From an uncultured Brevinematales bacterium (lineage in GTDB: Bacteria; Spirochaetota; Brevinematia; Brevinematales; JAOACQ01), in assembly GCA_964413265.1 (NCBI GenBank), contig CAYPRX010000013.1, positions 27,400-91,399 on the forward strand: a DNA stretch of 64,000 bases. Direction: 5' to 3'. Shown here piece after piece: positions 17,003 through 26,175 of this stretch. The translations under genes and the position numbers were made by a program. The notes below the pieces were generated by a model. The model was not told the DNA's origin, did no database searches, and worked only from the letters and a program-made list of their open reading frames with translations. Numbering within the stretch: position 1 is the first letter of the stretch; each line of letters starts with the position of its first letter.

Positions 17003-18259
17003 TTATGATTGCTGGTAGCACAAACTGCCGTTTTCCTGGGCCCAGCAAACGCCGTCAAGTGATGCGGTATTATATTTATCCAGGGATATATTCATTTCCT
17101 TCAATATTGATGCAACTTCGGGGAAATTATTCTCCTCGCTCTTTTCTACGAGAAGTAAAAGCCTTCCAAGATCGTTCTTACGATCAAGCAGTGCATCGTT
17201 TATATTCTGGCTTAAATTAAGTTCCGATAAGATCTCTTGAATAGGCATTTTGAACAGAGGTTCAATAAGAGAGAGTAAACCAGTCAGGTAAGCTTCATCA
17301 AGCACAGCTTTGGAAACACCGCGTTTAAAGTTTTTCAGCAGGATTTCCATTGTCTTTGCACGCTCGATGGCCGCAAATAAGAGAGGATTGCCGGCTGATT
17401 TTCCCTTCATAAATGCGTATTCCATCAGAATAAGCCAGTTAAGCAATTGCCTGTGTCCGAGAAGTGCCAGGGCCTGCTTTATAGACTCTATTTTATACCT
17501 GTTGCCTATGGCAGCGGAATTGATGAACTGAAGCAGATTAAAAGTCATTTCAGGCCATTTTTTAAATGAACTCTCGAGGTCTTCTATATCAGAGTCCTTA
17601 TATATCAGATTGATTATTTCCATTATGGCGAGCTTACGGGGGTCAACGCCCTTTCCCTTTATGATTGTCGGTTTGGCGAAGAAATAACCCTGGAAGAGGG
17701 TAAATCCAAGGTCCTTGTAAAAGAAAAATTCGTCCATATCCTCAACTTTTTCAGCCAGGCAATCCACACGGTAAGTTTTGAAAATCTTCATTTTAGAAGC
17801 GATCGTTTCTTTCGGGTTCTCCCTGACATCGACTTTAACATAAGAAACCTTGCTGAAAAGAGGCTCAAAACGTTTGATATTATCTTCCTTAAAAACGAAA
17901 TCATCAAGAGCGAAAACGAACCCTTCCTCCTTCATGGCATCTATCAGTTCAAGAAGTACGGAATCTATCTTGGTAGTTTCAAGGATTTCTAGTACATAAC
18001 GTTCTTTCTTAAGAGTTTTCAGGAGGTCTCTCTTTATTATTTCCTCATTTACGTTAATAAAGGCAAGCTTGTCGCCTATCAGCCTGCTGAAACTTATATT
18101 ATTAAGTGAATTTACTATTACTGTTGCTGTTGCAGTCAGATTATCTGTAATTTTTGCGAAATTATTCTCATCATTCCTGAAGAGTAATTCAAACGCGACA
18201 ATATTCTGGTCGCTGTCCAGAATGGGCTGCCTGCCCATTAATATATTACCTGCTTCCAT
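17003..18259 (-). CDS. EAL-domain plus HDOD-domain c-di-GMP signalling protein (YuxH-like architecture)
   Basis: 418 aa. EAL-domain blocks are QPILD, FELLFR, EILET, FALDDF, VKVD, AEKVE and FQGYFFAKP. The C-terminal HDOD-like helices are LLQFINSAA and ALALLG. Confidence 0.75.
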   Translation of the reverse strand: MEAGNILMGRQPILDSDQNIVAFELLFRNDENNFAKITDNLTATATVIVNSLNNISFSRLIGDKLAFINVNEEIIKRDLLKTLKKERYVLEILETTKIDSVLLELIDAMKEEGFVFALDDFVFKEDNIKRFEPLFSKVSYVKVDVRENPKETIASKMKIFKTYRVDCLAEKVEDMDEFFFYKDLGFTLFQGYFFAKPTIIKGKGVDPRKLAIMEIINLIYKDSDIEDLESSFKKWPEMTFNLLQFINSAAIGNRYKIESIKQALALLGHRQLLNWLILMEYAFMKGKSAGNPLLFAAIERAKTMEILLKNFKRGVSKAVLDEAYLTGLLSLIEPLFKMPIQEILSELNLSQNINDALLDRKNDLGRLLLLVEKSEENNFPEVASILKEMNISLDKYNTASLDGVCWAQENGSLCYQQS

Positions 18260-18389
18260 GACTAAGTAACCGCCCTAAATCCTGGAATATTTATGCATAT
18301 CGGCAGATGTATTTCAGAATTCAATTTAATTTAATATAACCAGTTAGTGAAAAAATGGCAATTAATAAGTATATCCTTTTTTATGGAAT

Positions 18390-18418
18390 TTGTATTTTTA
18401 ATAAGTATTTTTTATAAT
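18390..18418 (+). promoter_or_regulatory. Sigma70-like promoter candidate for tRNA-Ala
   Basis: TTGTAT (18390-18395), a 17-nt spacer, then TATAAT (18413-18418). The tRNA starts 16 nt downstream. Confidence 0.35.
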
Positions 18419-18433
18419 AAATAAATAAATAAA

Positions 18434-18505
18434 GGGGATGTAGCTCAGTGGGAGAGCATTGCGTTCGCAACGCAGGGGTCGGGGGTTCAAATCCCTCCAT
18501 CTCCA
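18434..18505 (+). tRNA. tRNA-Ala: tRNA-Ala (anticodon CGC)
   Basis: I folded the cloverleaf by hand. The acceptor GGGGATG/CATCTCC includes the G3:U70 alanine identity pair. The D arm is GCTC/GAGC, the anticodon stem is TTGCG/CGCAG with loop TTCGCAA, and the T arm is GGGGG-TTCAAAT-CCCTC. The discriminator is A and no CCA is encoded. Confidence 0.9.
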
Positions 18506-18643
18506 AATTATTACAACTTTTATTATCAGCATTTAAACTTTAAAAACTTGAATCAAAATTGACGGAGATTGCCTTATTATATTATAAGTATATATTACGT
18601 TCCGATGGAGTGATTCGAGTTTTGATTATTACAGGAGGTATTT

Positions 18644-19165
18644 ATGAAAAAGCTATTGCTTACATTACTGCTTCTCCTGCCGCTATCAGCATTCTATGCA
18701 TTTGAGGTTAATATAATAATGAACGACGGCAGCGTGATCAAGGGAAATATGCTTGGTAAGACTGCAGACGAGATATTTCTGGATGGAGAAAACGGCAAGG
18801 CTAAAATCATTAAAATAGCCGACATTAAAAACGTTTTTGATGCCGAAAAAGGCACTCCAGTAGCTATAAAAGCAAGTCAGTCTCTGCAGGCTCCTACGAA
18901 TGCACAGAATCAGCCGGTTTTAACGAATGTTCCCGGTTCCGATGTTTACTATTACTATTACAACGAGGAGCCACTGTATTATTATGGAGGATTCTGGTGG
19001 AGATACGACGACGGCATATGGCTCAGGTCTCCCTATTATGCCGGACCATGGGTAATTATAGGAGCTCCTTACGTACCCGGTCCGGTTTTCTATATCGGTC
19101 CGCGATGGTATTACTGGGGTCCCCGCTGGGGCTGGGGCTGGAGAGGGGGCTGGCACAGGTGGTAG
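18644..19165 (+). CDS. Secreted protein with an extremely Tyr/Trp/Gly/Pro-rich C-terminal tail
   Basis: 173 aa with the signal peptide MKKLLLTLLLLLPLSAFYA and an AGGAGG RBS. The last 73 aa contain 15 Y, 11 W, 2 F, 12 G and 8 P by hand count. Confidence 0.6.
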   Translation: MKKLLLTLLLLLPLSAFYAFEVNIIMNDGSVIKGNMLGKTADEIFLDGENGKAKIIKIADIKNVFDAEKGTPVAIKASQSLQAPTNAQNQPVLTNVPGSDVYYYYYNEEPLYYYGGFWWRYDDGIWLRSPYYAGPWVIIGAPYVPGPVFYIGPRWYYWGPRWGWGWRGGWHRW

Positions 19166-19171
19166 TTATTC

Positions 19172-19960
19172 CTACAGTACTCCCTTCTTTCTGTAAGAGC
19201 GCAGAATGAATCCGTCCGTAACTGCGAATAGCAAAAGCGGGACAACAAGGAATATCAATGTCAGCGTCGATGCGGCGCTCCTGTCAGAGGAAATAAGAAG
19301 GGGAAATAAATAGCCTGTATATGAGGGCACGCTTCCGCCGCCTATAAGAAACACAAGAAAATATTCAGAAAAAGCTACAAGGAAGGCCACAGATCCGCCT
19401 GATATAATAGCAGGAATTAAAAGGGGGATCTCTATCCGGATGAGTATCATCAAACGGCCGGCGCCCAGATTACTGGCGCACTGAACATACTCCTCTCCAT
19501 AAGCCTGGAAACCTGCAGTAAGGGCTCTAAGCATATAGGGGTAACTTACCAGTGAGAGTATAAGGACCACACCAGGGAATGTATCGGAAAGCCCTATCTT
19601 TATGAAGATAAACTGAACGCCCGTTGCAAAAGACATCGCAGGGATCAGGGCAGGGGCAAGGAAAAGTCCTTCCAGGAGATAGCGGAAGGGGAAATGACGC
19701 CTGGCGAATATTGAGGCGGGAATCACAGTCATGATGAATGTGAGAAAAGCAGCTGATAGAGAATACATCACAGAGGAGAAGATGCCCCGGAAAATTCCCT
19801 GAAATTCCATGATGGTAAATCTGGCACCATGCAGGTCAAACCTCTGCGGTATTATGTCAGGGTATTTCCACATTGAGGAAAAGGAGTAAAAGAAGAGCAC
19901 CAGTAATGGCAGGATGAATATAAAATCATATACAAGTATAGATAAAATCCGTTTTTTCAT
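19172..19960 (-). CDS. ABC transporter permease
   Basis: 262 aa, multi-pass, with the EAA-type loop ASNLGAGRLMILIRIEIPLLIPAI. A 4-nt overlap links it to the upstream permease. Confidence 0.8.
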   Translation of the reverse strand: MKKRILSILVYDFIFILPLLVLFFYSFSSMWKYPDIIPQRFDLHGARFTIMEFQGIFRGIFSSVMYSLSAAFLTFIMTVIPASIFARRHFPFRYLLEGLFLAPALIPAMSFATGVQFIFIKIGLSDTFPGVVLILSLVSYPYMLRALTAGFQAYGEEYVQCASNLGAGRLMILIRIEIPLLIPAIISGGSVAFLVAFSEYFLVFLIGGGSVPSYTGYLFPLLISSDRSAASTLTLIFLVVPLLLFAVTDGFILRSYRKKGVL

Positions 19961-20820
19961 ATTTTCCTCAAATCATCGCTTAATCTTCCCACCAGGCGTG
20001 AATACAGGGCTACGAAGAATATTGAGAATATAAAGATTATAGAAAGTATCGCCATTGCGACCGGTCTGTAATAAAGATCCCTTTGAAAGTAATATTCGTA
20101 AACCCTGAGTGACAGCATTCCCGGATAGCTGTCGCCCAGTACATACGGCAGGTCGAAAGCGCCGAAACTGTAAATAAAGAGTATTATGAAAGAAGTGTTC
20201 AAAACTGGCATAATAAATGGAACAACCAGCCTGAAAAATATCGTAAGCTTGCCGGCTCCGAGCATACCTGCCGTTTCTATCATCCGGGGATCGAGTTTGG
20301 AAAGAATCCCGAAAACAAGAACCATTACGAAGGGGATCTCCTTGAGAAAATACCCGGCAATAATATCCAGCCCGTTTCCAGAGAAAACAAGTGAAGGGAA
20401 TTTCTCCGGTCCCCTTACCAAACCTGCGTGATACAGTATAGAGGATATAACGCCTGTCTTTCCAAGTAAAATGATAATAATATAGGCCACTGCTATATGT
20501 GGCATGATAAGAAAAATCCTCTGCGCAGAAGCAAAACGGCGGATCTCAAAAGGCAGACTCCATACCCACCACGATAATAATGTCCCTGCTATGGTTGCCA
20601 GTACTGCCGAAGCAAAAGCAACGTAAAGTGAGAAAAACCATGATTTAACAAACCATAGGTCTTTAAAAAGGATTTCATAAGCGAAAAGGGGAGAGGGGTA
20701 ATTGTATGAAGAACCCGTAATGCAGAAAGACTGCAATAGGGTGAAGATAATACCTGCAGCGAAGAGTAAAAACGGGATTATAAGGCTCAAAAGGCTCATA
20801 ATTAACTGCCTTTTTTTCAT
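19957..20820 (-). CDS. ABC transporter permease
   Basis: 287 aa, multi-pass, with the EAA-type loop ETAGMLGAGKLTIFFRLVVPFIMPVL. A 4-nt overlap links it to the SBP gene. Confidence 0.8.
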   Translation of the reverse strand: MKKRQLIMSLLSLIIPFLLFAAGIIFTLLQSFCITGSSYNYPSPLFAYEILFKDLWFVKSWFFSLYVAFASAVLATIAGTLLSWWVWSLPFEIRRFASAQRIFLIMPHIAVAYIIIILLGKTGVISSILYHAGLVRGPEKFPSLVFSGNGLDIIAGYFLKEIPFVMVLVFGILSKLDPRMIETAGMLGAGKLTIFFRLVVPFIMPVLNTSFIILFIYSFGAFDLPYVLGDSYPGMLSLRVYEYYFQRDLYYRPVAMAILSIIFIFSIFFVALYSRLVGRLSDDLRKI

Positions 20821-22022
20821 TTCGACAGTACCTCGTTCTTCCAGCCGTCTTCAAGGGCCTCAACATAACCGGAGGGGATTTCCGGGACACCATATTTTAC
20901 AAGCTCATCGATAGGAAGGGTAGACTTCCCGAGATCAAGTTCCCTGAATTTAATTTTCCATTCTTCCGGAAGACGCTTAAGATCGAGTACGGTAAAATCG
21001 CCCCAATTTGCCGGCATGTTCTTTGAATATTGAGCCTGAGGCGACATCAGAAAGTTCGCTAAAACCATAGCTCCGGCCTTGTTGGGAGAGTTAAAAGCAA
21101 TAGCGGTAAAATGGGTATTGTAGACGGAACCATCCTTCATTACAAAAGTCCTGACGGTTTCGGGATAACGGCCTGTAATAATGCGGTTTGCGGCATCAGC
21201 CTGATGGTAAGACATGTTGAAATCCACTTCCCCCCTTTCGAAAAGACCGTCAAGTGATGCTATGTCCCTGGGAAAAATTTTTCCGTTCTGCCATAGATAG
21301 GGTTTTATTGAATTCAGGTATTTCCATAAGAGCACTGACCTGTTTTTGAGAAGAGCAACATCATAGCCCTTCATATACTGGGAATATCCCCCCGTTAAAG
21401 CGTAAAAAGCCTGTCTGATAAAAGCCGAGCCGGTAAAATCCGGAGGCTGGGGATAGGTGAAGCGTCCCGGATGGGCCTTGACCCAGTTTATCAGGTCCCT
21501 GAAGCTCCTGGGCGGATTTTTAATTCTGGCAGAATCGTATTCGAAGACAAACTGGGCCCTGCCCCATGGTGCTTCAAATCCTTTCACCGGATATCCGAAG
21601 TCATATTCTGCGGACCCTGGATCAATATAGTTTGTGAAGTTCGGAAGCTTTTCAGTGAATGGACCGAATAGAAGGCCGTTTTCAAATGCGTTTCGGAAGT
21701 TTTCCCCATTTATCCATATCAGGTCGATGGTCCCTATTTTTTCACCAGCCTGTTTTTCTGTAAGAAGCTTGTTAACAATCAGTCTTGTATCCATCGGGAC
21801 GCGTATGAGGGTAATTCCATAATATGACTTTAACTCCTGCGATACAAAACCGTCAATCCAGGCATTTATACTGACAGATCCTCCCCACATGTAAAAATGG
21901 ACCACAGAGCCATGCGCCGCTTTTTCAATATCGGAATATGACCTTGAAAGCCAATCTGTATTGACAGTCCTGGCGCATGATAAAATCATGACTGAAATAA
22001 CCGCTATCAGAGCATTTCTCAT
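20817..22022 (-). CDS. ABC transporter substrate-binding lipoprotein (YnjB-like, by recollection)
   Basis: 401 aa with a signal peptide and lipobox-like ILSC. The WGGSVSINAWIDGFV...DLIWINGENF blocks resemble the E. coli YnjB family as I remember it. Confidence 0.7.
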   Translation of the reverse strand: MRNALIAVISVMILSCARTVNTDWLSRSYSDIEKAAHGSVVHFYMWGGSVSINAWIDGFVSQELKSYYGITLIRVPMDTRLIVNKLLTEKQAGEKIGTIDLIWINGENFRNAFENGLLFGPFTEKLPNFTNYIDPGSAEYDFGYPVKGFEAPWGRAQFVFEYDSARIKNPPRSFRDLINWVKAHPGRFTYPQPPDFTGSAFIRQAFYALTGGYSQYMKGYDVALLKNRSVLLWKYLNSIKPYLWQNGKIFPRDIASLDGLFERGEVDFNMSYHQADAANRIITGRYPETVRTFVMKDGSVYNTHFTAIAFNSPNKAGAMVLANFLMSPQAQYSKNMPANWGDFTVLDLKRLPEEWKIKFRELDLGKSTLPIDELVKYGVPEIPSGYVEALEDGWKNEVLSK

Positions 22023-22056
22023 ATATCGGAACCTCCTTTCCTGAAGACCTCAAATA

Positions 22057-22992
22057 TCAACAGCTCACCAGAATGACTCGGACCCTGTCGCCTTTTTCTA
22101 TGCCTCCCTCCAGCCTGTAAACCGTACAGAGCCAGTCTTCCCATAAAACCCGGTAGATTATAAAATGACCGGCAAAGTTAACATCCAGTACAAAAGCAGG
22201 GCCCTGTTCGTCTTTTTCTATGCGGAAAGATTCGGCCCTTGCATAAGCTTTTATGCTGTCCCTTTTCTGAGGAGGACAAAGCAGAGTTCTGAATTTTTCA
22301 GGAATAATATTAACATGGCCGAGAAACGAAGCTGCCTCGATAGATATGGGGTTATTGTAAACCCTTTCTGCGGTATCATACTGGATAAGCCTTCCTTCTA
22401 TTATAATCCCTATCATATCTGAAACCATAAAAGCCTCCTGCTGATCATGAGTGACAAGCAGAGTTGTTGTTTTATATTCCCGTTGTTTGGCCCTGATAAA
22501 TTCGGCCATTTCCATTTTTAAATTTTTATCCAGATTAGCAAAGGGTTCGTCAAGAAGAAGAACATCCGGCTCAAGGACCATTGCCCTCGCTATGGCTACT
22601 CTCTGCTTCTGCCCTGCTGAAAGTTCAGATGGATAGGCTTTAATTTTGTTTTCAAGTGAAAAGCTGCTGAGGATGTCCCTGACCTTTTGTGATATTTTTT
22701 TTTCGTTCAGGCGGGCTGCTTTAAGCCCGAATGCAACGTTCTCAAATACATTCATTGATGGGAAAAGGATATAATCCTGGAAAACAAGGATAGCCGGCGC
22801 TGCGGAGAGAAAGACGACATTTCCGGAATCAGGATCTTCAAGACCGGCTATGATTTTCAGCAGCGTCGTTTTACCAGCGCCTGAAGGGCCTATTATCGAA
22901 ACGAGTTCTCCTTTTTCAATGGAGAAATTGATGCCGTTGAGGACGTTCAGGTTTTTAAAGCTTTTCCTGATTTCTTCTATTTTAAGAACCAT
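22057..22992 (-). CDS. ABC transporter ATP-binding protein
   Basis: 311 aa with Walker A GPSGAGKTT, signature LSAGQKQRVAIARA, Walker B LLLDEPFANLD and a C-terminal regulatory/TOBE-like extension. Confidence 0.9.
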   Translation of the reverse strand: MVLKIEEIRKSFKNLNVLNGINFSIEKGELVSIIGPSGAGKTTLLKIIAGLEDPDSGNVVFLSAAPAILVFQDYILFPSMNVFENVAFGLKAARLNEKKISQKVRDILSSFSLENKIKAYPSELSAGQKQRVAIARAMVLEPDVLLLDEPFANLDKNLKMEMAEFIRAKQREYKTTTLLVTHDQQEAFMVSDMIGIIIEGRLIQYDTAERVYNNPISIEAASFLGHVNIIPEKFRTLLCPPQKRDSIKAYARAESFRIEKDEQGPAFVLDVNFAGHFIIYRVLWEDWLCTVYRLEGGIEKGDRVRVILVSC

Positions 22993-23963
22993 TCAATCCC
23001 GCCGAGATATTCTTTAATCTTGTTGAAAGTTTTTATATTTTTTATCGGACGCTGCATATGCTTGTATTCATAATAAGCCATATAACACCAGGACATTGCA
23101 CGGAGGAAAACAGCTTTCTCAACGGTTTTCGTTCTGTCCATCACCTCTTCAAAAGTCAATGCGGTTCTATCCTTTATTTTATTATAGTACGATTTGACAA
23201 AATTGATCCTGTCCTCTTCCTTAAAATAATAGCCGGTCTTCCAGAGGGTGGTGGTTTTCGCCATAAAATGGGCAAGGTCCAGGTAACGGTATGAAAATAC
23301 GGCCTTTTCCCAATCAACCAGATGAGCTGAATCCTTTCCTATGATGAAATTCGACGAGTTGACCTCGGTGTTTACAATGCAGCGGCTTTCTCCTGAAAAG
23401 ACCGATGTGGGCGGAGGCATTTTCACTGCGAGCTGTTCGTAAATTTCCATAAGCAGGGAGTACACATCGCTGAATTCAGAACCGGGATATTTATTAAGCA
23501 GCGCAAGACTTTCATCGGAGACGGACTTTATGGGATCATTCTGGATTAAAAGGCTGTCCGTTTCCGGTATGTCGGTTACATCGTGCACCCTTGAAAATAC
23601 ATAAGCGGCATTTTCAAAATTCTTTCTGTAATCAAGAGGCCTTCCCCTTATAAATTCTTCCAGCAATACGCCGGCGGGGAAGTTGTTCCCGCGGGGTTCG
23701 TAAAAATAAGCAATTGGTGTTACTCCAGTTTTTTCCAGCAGCTTGAGGCAGCGGAATTCATACCCTGTCTGGTCGTCAATGCCGAGCTGGCTTCCGTAAT
23801 TGACGCGGAATACGAACAAACCTGTCCTGTTTTTCACAAGATAGTTGGAGTTGTATTCTCCGGAGGCGAGAAATGATACTGAATTTATTTGTTCAAGCCA
23901 CCTGCTTTTTAGTAAAAAATTTTTTACAAGTGATTTAGTTAACGGTTTTTGAAAATTGTGCAT
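22977..23963 (-). CDS. Phosphotransferase-family (APH/choline-kinase-like) protein with a non-canonical catalytic loop
   Basis: 328 aa with the kinase-fold N-lobe FVFRVNYG and VDWEKAVFSYRYLDLAHF (the DxE/DWE Mg-binding block). The expected HxDxxxxN loop reads NTEVNSSN. Confidence 0.65.
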   Translation of the reverse strand: MHNFQKPLTKSLVKNFLLKSRWLEQINSVSFLASGEYNSNYLVKNRTGLFVFRVNYGSQLGIDDQTGYEFRCLKLLEKTGVTPIAYFYEPRGNNFPAGVLLEEFIRGRPLDYRKNFENAAYVFSRVHDVTDIPETDSLLIQNDPIKSVSDESLALLNKYPGSEFSDVYSLLMEIYEQLAVKMPPPTSVFSGESRCIVNTEVNSSNFIIGKDSAHLVDWEKAVFSYRYLDLAHFMAKTTTLWKTGYYFKEEDRINFVKSYYNKIKDRTALTFEEVMDRTKTVEKAVFLRAMSWCYMAYYEYKHMQRPIKNIKTFNKIKEYLGGIEWFLK

Positions 23964-24056
23964 TGTTAATTTTATCTTTTTGGGGTATTATTTGCAAAAG
24001 CTTGCCTTAATACCGAACGGGTATTATTTTTATAATAAACAGGCTGGAGGTATAAA

Positions 24057-24788
24057 ATGAAAAAGAGCATGGGAATTGCATGGGTTCCGGTGACGGGTTT
24101 TATCATCGCATTGCTGGCTATTGTGATTTTTATTATAGCCGCCCTGGGCAACAGGTTTGATTTCCTGTTTACGGCTTTAGTCGTGCGAATGGTGTTTATT
24201 TCGATGATAACCGGTTTTGCCGCGGCTATTATTTCTGTTGCAGGCATAATAATAGGAATTCTGACCGGGAAAACAAATGGGTATTTATTTGGTTTATTCG
24301 GTATTGTGCTTGGTCTGGCTATTGCCTGGGGGCCATGGAACCTCTACTCAAAGAATATGCCCAGGATACATGACATATCTACCGATACCCAGGACCCTCC
24401 CGGGTTCGTGGATGTAATGCCTCTGCGTGAGAAAGCTGCAAATCCGGCAGTATATGAAGGTCCTTCTGTTGCGTCCATGCAGGAAAAATATTATCCCGAT
24501 ATTAAACCCCTTTTTCTAGAAATACCAGCGGGAGAAGCATTTGACAGGGCACTCACTGTTTCACATTCCATGGGCTGGAAGATCATCTCCTCTGTAAAGG
24601 ATTCAGGGCGTATTGAGGCTACAGCTACAACATTCTGGATGGGCTTTAAGGACGACATTGTCATCCGTGTGAAAACTAGCGGAAGCGGCAGCAGGGTTGA
24701 TATAAGGTCTGTATCAAGGGTTGGTAAGGGGGATTTCGGCACTAACGCCGCAAGGATCAGGTCGTTCCTGAAAGCTATGCAGAAGTAA
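24057..24788 (+). CDS. Membrane-anchored DUF1499-family protein
   Basis: 243 aa with three N-terminal TM segments. The C-terminal RIEATATTFWMGFKDDIVIRV...VDIRSVSRVGKGDFGTNAARIRSFL resembles DUF1499 as I remember it. Confidence 0.55.
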   Translation: MKKSMGIAWVPVTGFIIALLAIVIFIIAALGNRFDFLFTALVVRMVFISMITGFAAAIISVAGIIIGILTGKTNGYLFGLFGIVLGLAIAWGPWNLYSKNMPRIHDISTDTQDPPGFVDVMPLREKAANPAVYEGPSVASMQEKYYPDIKPLFLEIPAGEAFDRALTVSHSMGWKIISSVKDSGRIEATATTFWMGFKDDIVIRVKTSGSGSRVDIRSVSRVGKGDFGTNAARIRSFLKAMQK

Positions 24789-24801
24789 GAGGGTGTGACT
24801 G

Positions 24802-26175
24802 ATGACAATGCTTTCTGTCGTTATTCCTGTTTACAGGGAAAGGGGTATAATAAGAGATGCAGTGGAAAGGATTGTAAACAGGGCTGATTATACACCTGCC
24901 AGCATTGAGATCATAGTTGTCGACGGTGAAAAAGATGGGAAAACAATAGAATTCCTCGATAAATATGATGATCACAATATAATAAGAATTATTTCTGAAA
25001 AGGGGAGGGGGGTACAGATGAACGCCGGAGCAGCTGCTGCAAAGGGATCTATCCTTCTCTTCCTGCATGCGGATTCTATCCTTCCTGATAATGCATTGAA
25101 TAAAGTTCTTAACATTATCGGCATGGGTGCCGACTTCGGGGCCTTTTCATTGTCGATCGATTCACCGCATTTCTTTTTCAGGTTTCTTGAATGGGCTGCC
25201 GGAATACGATGCCGCATAAGCGGCATACCATACGGCGACCAGGCTTTTTTTATTAGAAAAGATGTATTCAACGAGTCCGGGGGTTACGCTTCGATTCCGA
25301 TAATGGAGGATGTCGAATTTGTAAAAAGATTGAAAAAGTCACGGCGGAAAATAGCTATATTGAAAGAAAGGGTATTAACTTCAGCCAGAAGGTGGCATGA
25401 AGATGGCTATATTAAAACCCTGTTTATCAACAGGCTTGTCTCTTTATTATACTCATTCGGAGTATCAACTGAAAGGCTCGCTGTAATGAGAGCAGGACAG
25501 GGCAGAAATGGTGTAATAGTTTTTGTCAGATATCCTGAATCCGGCAGGGTCAAGACCAGGATCGGAAGAGTTCTGGGACATGAATTTACTCTCGGCCTTT
25601 ATCGAGGTTTTGTGGATGACATAATAAAAAAATCTTTAAGGCAGAAAGCTGACCTTCTCATTTATTTTACACCTGACAGCAGTGCGCAAGGTATGAGGAA
25701 CTGGCTTGGACTGGACATTTCCATTTTCCCGCAGATAGGTTATGACATTGGTGAAAGAATGAAAAATGCCTTTGCAGAGCAATTCAGCAGAGGATACAAG
25801 AGGCTTGTCTTGATAGGGAGCGATATTCCGCAAATACCTGCCGGCAGGCTTAGAAAATCCCTTGCCCTCCTCAGAAGAAACGGGGCGGTAATAGGTCCTT
25901 CGGAAGACGGGGGTTATTACCTTATAGGTTTTGACAGTGAAAAGTTTACTCCCGGCGTTTTCAGAAATATTCCCTGGAGCACTTCTTCGGTTCTTTCCCT
26001 GACTACAGGAATCCTTTCGAAAAAGGGCATAAAAACTGCCTTATTGAAAAAGATGAGTGATATAGATACTGCAGATGATCTGAAAAGGGTTTTAAATTCA
26101 GGGAGAATGCCTGCTACCAGGTCCTTTATAAACAGATGGACTGAGGACAGAGGAGGGAAAAATGCCTGGATTTGA
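24802..26175 (+). CDS. Fusion protein: family-2 glycosyltransferase (TIGR04283-like) plus DUF2064 transferase (TIGR04282-like)
   Basis: 457 aa. The N-terminal half has LSVVIPVYRE, GRGVQMNAGA, LLFLHADSILP, PYGDQAFF, MEDVEF and TSARRW. The C-terminal half has VKTRIG, LIGSDIPQI, GPSEDGGYYLIGF, IPWSTSSV and SDIDTADDL. Confidence 0.75.
   Translation: MTMLSVVIPVYRERGIIRDAVERIVNRADYTPASIEIIVVDGEKDGKTIEFLDKYDDHNIIRIISEKGRGVQMNAGAAAAKGSILLFLHADSILPDNALNKVLNIIGMGADFGAFSLSIDSPHFFFRFLEWAAGIRCRISGIPYGDQAFFIRKDVFNESGGYASIPIMEDVEFVKRLKKSRRKIAILKERVLTSARRWHEDGYIKTLFINRLVSLLYSFGVSTERLAVMRAGQGRNGVIVFVRYPESGRVKTRIGRVLGHEFTLGLYRGFVDDIIKKSLRQKADLLIYFTPDSSAQGMRNWLGLDISIFPQIGYDIGERMKNAFAEQFSRGYKRLVLIGSDIPQIPAGRLRKSLALLRRNGAVIGPSEDGGYYLIGFDSEKFTPGVFRNIPWSTSSVLSLTTGILSKKGIKTALLKKMSDIDTADDLKRVLNSGRMPATRSFINRWTEDRGGKNAWI

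Noticed and set aside
18260-19165. tRNA-Ala as an integration site for a genomic island.
   Set aside because: There is no integrase, recombinase or phage gene nearby. I could not spot a direct repeat of the tRNA 3' end downstream. The neighbouring genes are an ordinary ABC operon.
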